Shown here one piece after another: positions 49,360 through 58,700 of a stretch of 64,000 nucleotides of DNA. The notes under the pieces are model-generated. The model saw only the letters and a list, made by a program, of their open reading frames with translations, made no database searches and was not told the DNA's origin. Both the position numbers and the translations under genes were made by a program. The first letter of the stretch is position 1. Each line of letters starts with the position of its first letter. This stretch comes from an uncultured Verrucomicrobiae bacterium (GTDB taxonomy: Bacteria; Verrucomicrobiota; Verrucomicrobiia; Limisphaerales; JAFGQR01): NCBI GenBank assembly GCA_963788655.1, contig CAWBHS010000049.1, positions 192,001 through 256,000 of the forward strand. Direction: 5' to 3'.

Positions 49360-49998
49360 TCAATCCTTCAAGGTGGAGAGCCGGTCGGTTTCGATATGAT
49401 CAAACTCGCGGCTGATGTGAAAAATGATGATGCCCATGACAAACACTGCCACGAACACGTCGAGGAGCACGCCCACTTCCACGATAAGCGAGGTTTCGCC
49501 CATCACACCGGCGCCGAACGTGAAGACCCCGTTTTCCAACACCAGAAAACCGAGCACCTGGTTGACGGCGCGTTTGCGGCTCACAATAAGAAAAAATCCC
49601 GCCAGGATGGAAAACAACGCAATCGGCACCAGTAGCGGTGACGCGGCCGACGGTAACGGCGGCAGTTTGGTGCTTAGTCCAAAGGAAGCCGCCAGCGCCA
49701 GCACGCCAGCAATGAGCGAGGTCACGTAGCCCACGTAGGGCTCGACTTCGCGGCTGACCTCCGCTTGGCGGAGCGCGCGAAACAGCAGCCAGGGAAACAC
49801 GATGCCTTTCAGCGTGATGCTGCCCACCGCCAGCGCCGCAATGCGCAGCGGTCCGGAAGCGGAGTGCGCCAATACCGGCAACAGCCCCAGCAAAATACCT
49901 TGCGCCGCCACGACGCGAATGGACGACCCCAGCCGGCTGGACGCCAGCAATTTCAGGTTCGTGAGCACCACCAGGATGAGAATCAAATCAACGTTCAT
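49360..49998 (-). CDS. hyfE: Hydrogenase-4 membrane component E
   Basis: Hydrophobic 212-aa protein with 'QVLGFLVLENG' and 'EVGVLLDVFVAV', in the expected operon position. Confidence 0.88.
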   Translation of the reverse strand: MNVDLILILVVLTNLKLLASSRLGSSIRVVAAQGILLGLLPVLAHSASGPLRIAALAVGSITLKGIVFPWLLFRALRQAEVSREVEPYVGYVTSLIAGVLALAASFGLSTKLPPLPSAASPLLVPIALFSILAGFFLIVSRKRAVNQVLGFLVLENGVFTFGAGVMGETSLIVEVGVLLDVFVAVFVMGIIIFHISREFDHIETDRLSTLKD

Positions 49999-50002
49999 GG
50001 CT

Positions 50003-50911
50003 TTAGCGCAGCACCAAAATCAACGCGACGGCCGCCATCGCGCCCGCCCCTACCAGGAGTTGCGGCACGAGCAGCAACCGCAACCGCGCCATGGTGGATT
50101 CAATAAGGCCTATCACCACGCCCACCGCCAACAGTCCACCGAGGGTGACGACGAGGTTGGCCCCCACGCCGGCACCACCGATGGGCAACACGGTGTCCAC
50201 CAGCAACACGCTCAGCAGCCACAGTTTCAGCGCCGCGCCGTAGAGAATGAAGGCGAAGTCCGGCCCGCTGTGATCGAGCACCATGACTTCGTGAATCATG
50301 GTCAGTTCGAGATGCGTGTTCGGATCGTCCACGGGAAGGCGGGCGTTCTCCGCCAGCAGCACGACGAGCAACGTGACGGCGGTGAGCGCCAGCACCGGGC
50401 CGGTTAGCATCCAATGCGTGGTTGCGAGCACCCCGAAGATTTGCGAGAGCGACAGAGTGCTGGTGAGCTTGGCCAAAACCGCCAGCGCCAACAGCAGTGC
50501 CGGTTCGGCCAGCGCGGCAAATTGCACTTCGCGGCTGGCGCCCATGCCTTCGAAACTGGAACCCGTGTCCAACGCCGCGAGCACGGTGACGAACCGCATC
50601 AGCCCCAGCAGGTAGGCGAACAGGATAAGGTCACCGCCAAAGGGCAGCAACGCCGGCACCTTGCCCATGGGCAGCAGCGTAATCGCGACCAGCACCGCCG
50701 CGAGGCTGATGATGGGGCCGGCGCGGAACACCCACGTGGTCGTACGGCTGTAAACCGCGCCCTTGCGGAGCAGTTTCCAGAGATCGAAATAGAGTTGCAG
50801 AATCGGTTGTCCGCGGCGACCGGCAACCACGGCTTTGGTGCGGTTAATCACCCCCGGCAACAGCGGCGACAGGACGAGGGCCAACAGTGGCGGAATCCAG
50901 GAGTAATTCAT
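50003..50911 (-). CDS. hyfC: Hydrogenase-4 component C (NuoH/HycD-like)
   Basis: Motifs 'GRRGQPILQLYFDLWKLLRK', 'ALDTGSSFEGMGASRE' and 'ENARLPVDDPNTHLELTMIHE'. Confidence 0.92.
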   Translation of the reverse strand: MNYSWIPPLLALVLSPLLPGVINRTKAVVAGRRGQPILQLYFDLWKLLRKGAVYSRTTTWVFRAGPIISLAAVLVAITLLPMGKVPALLPFGGDLILFAYLLGLMRFVTVLAALDTGSSFEGMGASREVQFAALAEPALLLALAVLAKLTSTLSLSQIFGVLATTHWMLTGPVLALTAVTLLVVLLAENARLPVDDPNTHLELTMIHEVMVLDHSGPDFAFILYGAALKLWLLSVLLVDTVLPIGGAGVGANLVVTLGGLLAVGVVIGLIESTMARLRLLLVPQLLVGAGAMAAVALILVLR

Positions 50912-50914
50912 GGC

Positions 50915-52903
50915 TCAGTGCAATTTCCAAATCAGCAGCACCAGCAAGGTGAGCGCGATATAAACGATGTACACCTGCACGTGCCCACGTTGCAGCCAGC
51001 GCAATTTGGACAGCGCCCAGTTCAACTTGAGGAAGGCGGGCCGATACAGGTTGCCGTGACACAGGTCGGGCGTTTCGGTGGCCAGCGACGCCGTTCGAGG
51101 AAAGAAGCCGTCCGGTTTGGTGAGGCGATTGTGGGTCTGCAACAGCGGACGAAAAAGGCTGGTCAACGGTTGCGCAAACGAGGAGGCCGTGTATTGCATG
51201 CGGACAGCGGGCTGAGCATAGCCGCAGTCCCAGGTGACGACGGTGGTGACATTGCGATTTTTCAAAAGGCCTCGTCGCAGCAGGATTAGGCCGGCGATCA
51301 AGGCCAGCAGTACCAGACTGGCAATGGTGACCAATTCGAGGATGTGAGACGCACCAATTAAAGCGTTCCCGAAGGATTGCACGGGCAGGCGGGTAATCAC
51401 CGCCACCACCGGAGGCAGAACTTGAATCACCAGAAAACCCAGCAGACCCAATCCCACGCACGCCGCCGCCAAGAAGACCATTGGCCAACGCATGGTTCCG
51501 CCGCATTCATGGGCGTGCGCAGCGTGCTCGCTGCGTGGTTCGCCCAGGAAAGCAATTCCGTAGGCCTTGGCAAAACAAGCCGCTGCCAGACCCCCAATGA
51601 GCGCCAGTCCGGCGATGACCGCCAACGCCGGCGCTGCCAGCGCCGCCCCCTGGCTAATGACTCCCTGATAGGCGCCCAGGAAGATCAGCAACTCGCTCAC
51701 AAAACCGTTCAACGGTGGTAAGCCGGAGATCGCCATGGCACCGATCAGAAACGTGATGCCGGTCCACGGCATTCGCTTCTGCAGACCGCCCAGATGTTCC
51801 AGGTTCCGCGTGCCGGTGCCGTGCAGGATGCTGCCGGCCCCCAGGAACAACAGTCCTTTAAACACGGCGTGGTTCAACACGTGCAACAACGCTCCGCCAA
51901 AACCCAGCAGCACCATAACCGGCGCATTGGCGGTCAATCCCACCAGTCCCACGCCCATTCCCAGCGCGATGATGCCGATGTTTTCCACGCTGTGATAGGC
52001 TAGCAACCGTTTCAGATCGTGTTGGGCCAGGGCAAACAGCACGCCCAGGACGCCCGAGGTGAGTCCGATGCCGATCAACACCCATCCGCACCAGGCGGGC
52101 AGCGGTCCCAGAAAGGTCAACGTTCGCAGCAACCCGTAAATACCTGTCTTGATCATTACGCCGGACATCAGTGCCGAGACGTGACAGGGTGCGGCTGGAT
52201 GCGCCTCCGGCAGCCACACGTGAAAGGGCATGAAGCCCGCCTTGGCGCCAAACCCGATGACCGCCAGCACAAACAGCAATCCGGCCAGGGAGGGGGCAAA
52301 ACGCGCGTGCTCCGTCCAAATATTGAAATCCATGGAACCGGTTTCGCGCCCGAGCAACAGGAAGATGACCAACAGAAAAGCGGTTCCCAAATGCGTGGCC
52401 ACCAAATAGACCCAACCGGCTTCCCGCACCGGGCCGCGTTCGTCCTCGAAGGTCACCAGAAAGAAGGAGGTCAGGGCCATCACTTCCCAAGCCATCAGGA
52501 AGAGCACCGCGTTTTGCGCCAGCACCACCAGCACCATGCTGGCCACGAGCCCGTTGAAGAAGAACCACGCCGGCCCCAGCGGTTTTTGCTTTCGCCACGG
52601 CGCGAGATATTCCACCCCGTAAATCGCCGCGAGCGCCGACAAGACCGCAATGGCCAGCACGAACCACGCGGAGAGCGCGTCCAGTTCCAGATGGAATTCG
52701 CCGTACGGAATCGCCCAGGGCCAACGCAAGCTTTCCGGGGCTGCGCCCAAGAGCACCTGCAACGCGGGGATGAAACTTAGCAACGCACCCAGGACCACGC
52801 CGGCGGCGGCCACTCCCGAAGCCCAGCGCGGGTGCCGTTGCCCCATCCAGGCGGCGACGCCGGTGACAATCCACACTCCCAGTGCGAGTAAAAGCCAATT
52901 CAT
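50915..52903 (-). CDS. hyfB: Hydrogenase-4 component B (NuoL/MrpA-like antiporter subunit)
   Basis: Motifs 'FLMAWEVMALTS', 'KAGFMPFHVWLPEAHPAAP', 'DLKRLLAYHSVENIG', 'GLPPLNGFVSE' and 'TWDCGY...RMQYTASSF'. Confidence 0.93.
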   Translation of the reverse strand: MNWLLLALGVWIVTGVAAWMGQRHPRWASGVAAAGVVLGALLSFIPALQVLLGAAPESLRWPWAIPYGEFHLELDALSAWFVLAIAVLSALAAIYGVEYLAPWRKQKPLGPAWFFFNGLVASMVLVVLAQNAVLFLMAWEVMALTSFFLVTFEDERGPVREAGWVYLVATHLGTAFLLVIFLLLGRETGSMDFNIWTEHARFAPSLAGLLFVLAVIGFGAKAGFMPFHVWLPEAHPAAPCHVSALMSGVMIKTGIYGLLRTLTFLGPLPAWCGWVLIGIGLTSGVLGVLFALAQHDLKRLLAYHSVENIGIIALGMGVGLVGLTANAPVMVLLGFGGALLHVLNHAVFKGLLFLGAGSILHGTGTRNLEHLGGLQKRMPWTGITFLIGAMAISGLPPLNGFVSELLIFLGAYQGVISQGAALAAPALAVIAGLALIGGLAAACFAKAYGIAFLGEPRSEHAAHAHECGGTMRWPMVFLAAACVGLGLLGFLVIQVLPPVVAVITRLPVQSFGNALIGASHILELVTIASLVLLALIAGLILLRRGLLKNRNVTTVVTWDCGYAQPAVRMQYTASSFAQPLTSLFRPLLQTHNRLTKPDGFFPRTASLATETPDLCHGNLYRPAFLKLNWALSKLRWLQRGHVQVYIVYIALTLLVLLIWKLH

Positions 52904-52916
52904 GTTGGGGAGGTTT

Positions 52917-53612
52917 CTACGAGGACACGGGGTTGGCAGGTTTTAACCGGTGACTGATGCGCCGCACGGCACTGAGGATGTCCTCGCGATTGGCCTGGGT
53001 GGCAATCGCCGTCTTCAATCCCTTATCCCGCAAGCTGAACGCCAGCCGCGAGAGCAAGTGCAAATGCGCCCGGACGGTCGGACTGATGAGGGTGAACAAG
53101 GCGTGAACCGGTTGGCCGTCCAGCGCGGCAAAGTCCACCGGGGTTTCCAGAAAGCACAACGTAATCATCGGTTTGGCGACGTGTAGTACGATGGGATTGC
53201 GAACATGCGGCACGGCAATACCTTCGCCAATGGCCGTGGATTCCAACGCTTCCCGGGCCAGCAATACTTGGAAGAGAAACTCACGATCCACTTCCTCGGG
53301 CAGCCGGAGAATCTCCACCACGCTGCGCAAGGCGGAATTCTTGTCCGCCCCGCTCAAGCGATAGAATATACCCCCCGCTTGGAGCGCGTCACCCAAGTCG
53401 GGCAGGGGACCGGCTTGTTGTTCCGTTTCTTGAAAGATTTTGGGTGAAACGTTGACCTTGTTGGAGGTGGCCCATTCGAGCAATTCCGCCCGGTTGAAGC
53501 GATACTGCCCGCTCAGGCGATAGCCGGGCAGGCTGCGCTCGTTGATCCACCGGTAAACGGTCTTTTCCGAAACTTCCAGCAGATCGGAAACATCTCTTAC
53601 GCTTAGCTGCAT
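52917..53612 (-). CDS. Excisionase-family HTH fused to a PTS EIIA (PtsN-like) domain; first gene of the Ehr operon
   Basis: N-terminal 'LSVRDVSDLLEVSEKTVYRW...LPG..L.GQYRF'. EIIA domain 'REALESTAIGEGIAVPH', 'PVDFAALDGQPV' and 'HLHLLSRLA'. Confidence 0.9.
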   Translation of the reverse strand: MQLSVRDVSDLLEVSEKTVYRWINERSLPGYRLSGQYRFNRAELLEWATSNKVNVSPKIFQETEQQAGPLPDLGDALQAGGIFYRLSGADKNSALRSVVEILRLPEEVDREFLFQVLLAREALESTAIGEGIAVPHVRNPIVLHVAKPMITLCFLETPVDFAALDGQPVHALFTLISPTVRAHLHLLSRLAFSLRDKGLKTAIATQANREDILSAVRRISHRLKPANPVSS

Positions 53613-53643
53613 TATCTCTATGTAAACCTATTTGAGAGTTAAA

Positions 53644-53688
53644 CAGGACAAATCTGGACATAAATCACTGAGATGACCCTAATGTCAA
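53644..53688 (-). promoter_or_regulatory. Putative Ehr operon promoter (-35 TTGACA) with a 10-bp-spaced direct repeat operator
   Basis: TTGACA on the minus strand at 53688-53683. Direct repeats caggacaaa (53644-53652) and ctggacata (53654-53662). The -10 element is not clear. Confidence 0.4.
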
Positions 53689-53923
53689 TAAACGATTACT
53701 GGCGGCAATTACCGGAGACAGATCCGATGGGGGGTAGTGCGGGTAGGGTGGCGTTGGTTTCCAAGCCGCAAAAGCAGCAAGGGCCAAGCACGTAGGGCAG
53801 AAACAAGGCAATGACTTTCATGCTGGGCGAGGACTACCACGGTTAGGACGCCCGATGACCCGCATACCCAAACCGATCCAAGTTAAACCAATGTGCCTGC
53901 CGCACATTGCGGCGCTCGATTGG

Positions 53924-54649
53924 TTAACCTTGTTCGAACGATTCCTTGATCACTCCTGCCAGGTCGGTGAGCAGCTTGTCGCTCTTGCCGATGTAGGAGG
54001 AGCCGTGCATTACGGCCAACGTTTCCGGTTTGAGATCGGCGAGCGAGCGCAGGACGCCTTCAGTCTGCGGCGTGTAAGGCATGTAGTCGGCGAGGGGACC
54101 CTGCTGCATTTGTTGGAATGCCTGCTGCGCCGGCTCAATCAAGTCCGCCGAAGTCACCGGCGCAACGTCACCGAAATGATGGAAAAGATCCGAGCAGAAC
54201 AAGGTCTTGCGCGTTTCCTCGAACATCACGCCCGCATCCCATCCGTGGGGAAGGTGCGGCGATCGATGAAACCGGTAGCGATACTTGCCCGTGCTGAGGA
54301 CATCGTCCGCCGTCATGCCGCGCGCGGGACGGATCGAGAAATCATCCACGCTCACCAGCTTGCCCACGAGGGTGCAGACCGGTTGGGCCTGGGGCGCGAG
54401 TTGCAGCCAATCGTTGAGCGCCCCGATCTCATCGGATTCAAAATGACTCCAGCCGATATGGCGAAGTCTGGTGGGATCGATCAGTTTGGCCACGGCTTCC
54501 CGCAAATCCGGGAACATCTTTTTGAATCCCGCGTGAAAGAGCAGCGGTTCCTCGTCGCGCACGAGGAAATGATTGAACTGCATGTTAAAGTCCGGAACGT
54601 AAATCGATAGCCGGAACAGGTCAGGGGCGATTTCATTGATGGTAGTCAC
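53924..54649 (-). CDS. Stand-alone MBL-fold di-iron protein (FprA N-terminal/ODP-like)
   Basis: Motifs 'SHFESDE', 'SPHLPHGWD', 'TLFCSDLF' and 'AVMHGS'. No flavodoxin domain. Confidence 0.85.
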   Translation of the reverse strand: MTTINEIAPDLFRLSIYVPDFNMQFNHFLVRDEEPLLFHAGFKKMFPDLREAVAKLIDPTRLRHIGWSHFESDEIGALNDWLQLAPQAQPVCTLVGKLVSVDDFSIRPARGMTADDVLSTGKYRYRFHRSPHLPHGWDAGVMFEETRKTLFCSDLFHHFGDVAPVTSADLIEPAQQAFQQMQQGPLADYMPYTPQTEGVLRSLADLKPETLAVMHGSSYIGKSDKLLTDLAGVIKESFEQG

Positions 54650-54655
54650 AGGTTT

Positions 54656-55741
54656 TTACTGGCTGCTCAATTGGACTTCATTGGTGGAAGAGCTCACGGG
54701 GGGCTTGATGAGCCGGAATGTTCCCGTGTTGGTCGTGTTCAAATAAGAGGCGTCCGGTACCTGAGTGATCAGGGTTGCCTCGCCTTCAATTTGGGTCGGC
54801 GTCACCGATTGGTTGGTTACGCCGTTTTGTGCCAGTAGCGAGAGGGTCAGGTTCATCGGCGCATTGAACAGGGTCGCTTCCGCTGGTAGCGGTACGTTCT
54901 GGGCCGTAGCCGCAAAGAAGTTGTCATTGAGCGTGATTGACGCCGGCGTTTCGTTGGTTGGGAAGAAGCCCAGGCGGTCGCTTCGGAGGCTGGCGTTGTG
55001 GACGCCGTTGGATTGTTGGATACGGAGGACGAATCCCAAGGCAGCTTCGTCGGCAAGGAGACTGCCCTGCCAGTCGGCGTCGTTTTCCAGGATGTTGATG
55101 GTGCTGCGGCTGGCGGCGCCCAGTTCGTAACCGGGGCCGGCGTTCAGTGTGAGCGTGAGATACTTCAATTGGCCAATCGCCTCGTTGTCGGTCAAGGAAA
55201 TGGGAATGGTGGCCGTGGTGCCGTTGACCGTCACTTCGCCGCTCAGGCTGAGGTAATCGCCGGAGTGGGCGGTACCATTGACGGTGTAATGAACGGTTCC
55301 GAAAAAGGGTTGGCTGAAAACAATCGTCGCCACGGCGGTAGTGCCTTCTTCGGCGTCAAGTGTGGTGAGACTGAAACCGGCGGTGACGGCCGGAGCCACG
55401 CCGCCCAACCCCAGTACTCGATAAAAGCCATGGGAACTGGCTGGATGATTGGCGACCGCCTGGAACGCTCCGCCGCCTTCGTCCACAATGACCGCGTCGG
55501 ATACGTTGGTCCAAGCGGTGCCAAGGGCCGGAGTGAATTGCAGGAGGTAATTCGTCGCGCCGGTGCCCTGGTCGGAGAACTGGATTTGCACCAAGTCCCC
55601 GGAACCGGCTTGAATGGTTTGCAGCGCGAGCAAAGAGCTGGTTTGCGCCGGGATCTCCGTGGCCGCCAGCAGGATACCACCCCAGGCCAGCGTAGTCGTC
55701 ACTTTGAAAATCAGGTTGGTCATCAAGTTTCTCGTCATCAT
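54656..55741 (-). CDS. Secreted protein: signal peptide, N-terminal FYRV-type domain, Calx-beta-like domain, beta-rich C-terminus
   Basis: Signal ...GGILLAATEIPA-Q, then 'NYLLQFTPALGTAWTNV...HGFYRVLG', then 'VHYTVNGTAHSGDY...IPISLTDNE...LTLTL..GPGYELG...TINILEND'. Confidence 0.8.
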   Translation of the reverse strand: MMTRNLMTNLIFKVTTTLAWGGILLAATEIPAQTSSLLALQTIQAGSGDLVQIQFSDQGTGATNYLLQFTPALGTAWTNVSDAVIVDEGGGAFQAVANHPASSHGFYRVLGLGGVAPAVTAGFSLTTLDAEEGTTAVATIVFSQPFFGTVHYTVNGTAHSGDYLSLSGEVTVNGTTATIPISLTDNEAIGQLKYLTLTLNAGPGYELGAASRSTINILENDADWQGSLLADEAALGFVLRIQQSNGVHNASLRSDRLGFFPTNETPASITLNDNFFAATAQNVPLPAEATLFNAPMNLTLSLLAQNGVTNQSVTPTQIEGEATLITQVPDASYLNTTNTGTFRLIKPPVSSSTNEVQLSSQ

Positions 55742-55781
55742 GGCAAAATTAATTTCAATAGCAGCGTGTCCGGTTTCGTGA

Positions 55782-58700
55782 TCAGGGACGAATTACGGCG
55801 TAGTGGTAGAAATAAATTTCGATGTCATCCAGTTCATCGATGCTCAGAATGGTCTTGCCCAAATCGATGGTCGGGATGATCAACCGCCAATCCGTTGCTG
55901 CCACGCTGCGCTCTTTGAACGCGTCGATCTGCTGCACCGTCGGCAATGGATCGGGGTCGCCGGGAATGCCGTTCTGACGCGGCTCGTCGGTCAGCCACAT
56001 CTGCGCCGCCGGATGGGAGAGCGCCTCCCGGAATTGCCAGCGCGGGGGCAGGTTGGTCACCCCCGGCAGGCTGTTGGTACGGGCGCTGCTCTGGAACCAG
56101 AAGCGCGTGCTGTAAGACGTCATGTCGTTGACGAGCCGATCCGGATGCTCTGGATCGAAATAGCCGGGTACCTCGTTGCGCAAATAGCTTGTGCCCGCGT
56201 ACGTCAATGATCCGGTGATGAACGTGCGATTGCGATTGGGATTATGCTGGCCGGGCAGGCGGATTTTCATCCAGCGAATCTTGTCCAAATACAATCCGCG
56301 CTGTGCCGGGTCCACCTCGCCATCGGGCAAGTAGCGGGCGCCACGGAAGAAGGTGCCGCCGGGAATCTGGCGCACCGTGCTGAAGCTCAAACGAATCTGC
56401 TGTTGCGAATCGAGCGCCTGCTGCAACCGGCTGCGAAACGCATGAGTCGCATCGACTGGTTCCCCGGTTATCGGATCGGCGTAGAGCAGGAGATTGCCCT
56501 GATCGTCGCGCAACCGGTAACCCATGAAGTCTTCGCGCACGGAAAACCAATCGTAGAAATCATCTTTGAGGCGGGTGCCTTCCAACTGGCTGTCGTAATC
56601 ATCCATCGCCCGATAGAAGGATAGCAACTCGTCGGCATTGCGGAGTTTGTAAAGGCTGCGCTCGTTCCAAAGTCGGCCTTCGAAGGAATGGGTGAAGGGC
56701 TGATTCCATTTGTAGTCCAAAGCGCGTACCATAAAAAAAAGCCATTTTTGCGCTTCGTCAAAGGCCAGGTGCGCCACCTGCGTGTCATACTGCGCGCGCA
56801 ACCGGTGAATGGGATCGGCGAAATAGCGTGACGCGAGGCTGCCGTCGCGTTCGGCGATCCGACGCTCCAACTCCGCCTTCTCCCGCAGCAAGGCAGCCAG
56901 CCGGCCGACTTCCTGTTTCATGAGGATCACCGCTTCCTGCGAATCAAGCGCCAGCGTCTTCATGCTGAGCCACAGGGTTTGAACGGCGGCGGCGGATTCG
57001 ATCCCGGTGATCTGGGCCTGCTCGGCGGCAGCCAGGCGTTCCTTTTGGGCTTCCGCCTGGCCTTTCGCCAGTTCGCCGCCCAATTGCACGCCGGCATTGA
57101 CCGAGTTGAAGAAGATGTTTACCGGATTCAATTTCTCGAGGCTAAACGTATCCGCGGCGGCCTGGGCGTATGCCTGAGCGGCTTGGATTTGGCTGATCTC
57201 TTCGGTCAATTGGGCTTGCCGGTTGCCGTAGGAAATCATCACGTCGGAAATGGAGGCGGCCTTGTTCATTTCGATTTGGATTTGTTTGACCAGATTGTCG
57301 ATCTCCGTTTGATTCCGCAGAATGCGCAAGCGCGCCAGGCCGATGCTGTTGGTCTGCTGCCAGATTTCACTGCCATCGATGGAACCCGGCGTGTCGTAAC
57401 CGGGTTCCCCCGGACGGGCGCCGACAATTTCGAACAAGCGGAACTCGTAGGAAATGGTGGACTGCTCGAACTGGTCCTGAATCTGGTCTTCGAATCCGCG
57501 ATACGTGTCGTACGACGTACGGGCCGCCGCCAATCGCTCCACCGCATAACCCAAATGACGGAAGGCGTCACTCGGGTCCAACCATTCCTTGATCGAGTTG
57601 TACGAATCGAACAGTTCGGGATTATCGCCCTGGAATTTCTGCACCAACATCAGGAAATCGTCCGAGAATCCCAGCGGATCACTGCCGCCGGAGATTTGCT
57701 GCGCCAGTGTCTCCAGATCACTCAGCGTCTGTCCCCACGCTTGAATGGCTTGTGCCAGTCCGGACGGATCGTCGTTCGGCGGCAACGTGGGGAAAATGCC
57801 TTTCAATAGTTGCCCCTGAACCAGGAGTGAACGCTGCGCGTCAGTGATCAAACTCTGGGCCGCTTCCAGGTCACCTGGATCGCCGCGTTTCCATTTGAGG
57901 GTTGCCAACTCTGTGACTGTCCGTCCGTAATCGCGCAGGACATTGAAGAGCAACACCAAATCCTTGTCACCGGTGAACAAGGTGGCATTCGTGCTGACCG
58001 GAACGGAGTCGCCATTGGCATTGGTATAGGTGGCCGACATCAAGGCGCGCGCGGGCACCTGCGTTTGGAAGACATGATAGCCAAAATTGCTTTGCACGAG
58101 CGAACTTACCGTTTCGTTCCCCGTTATGCCGACGGCGTCAATTTCGTTCCAATCCGGAACCACCGGTGAATTCAATTCAACGCGAAGCGCATTCACCGGG
58201 AAGGTGGTTTCGGGAAAAGTGACCTCAAAAATGCGCGCCGCGTCGCCCGCCGGACCGGCCGTTCCCGACCAGACGGTTTGCCAGGCGGCGGTGTCGGGAT
58301 TGCGCACCTGGACGAGATCGACCGCCCCGGGCGCAAGGGTTTCGTAAATGGAAACCGCATTGATGGGAGCGGCATTGTCGTATCCCAGTTCCAGAAACTC
58401 ACGCTGGCCATCGGACGTGGCGCTCGCCCAGGCAGTGCCATAGTCACCGTAAAGGGGGTAGGTGTCAGGTTCGCCCAACGTTTGCGCGGCGCTCCAACTG
58501 GTGGGACTGAATTCGCTGCTAAAATCCAGCACTTCGGTTGCCCATCGGGTCTGTGGTTCGATCCTCGTCCGGAAGAGATCGCGCTGGAGCAGATCGAAAT
58601 ACGGCTGCATGGCGTTACGGAGCAACGGCAGGGCTTGTTCATACACTCCAATTTCGCTGTCGATAACGAAGCCGCTAGCCCCGGGAGGATTCAAACGGGC

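Noticed and set aside
45586..52903. Functional NiFe hydrogenase-4 / formate hydrogenlyase
   Set aside because: The large subunit lacks both CxxC motifs, and no hyp or fdh genes lie nearby.
52917..53612. Excisionase marking a prophage or integrative element
   Set aside because: The HTH is fused to a PTS EIIA domain, and no integrase, att site or phage genes are visible.
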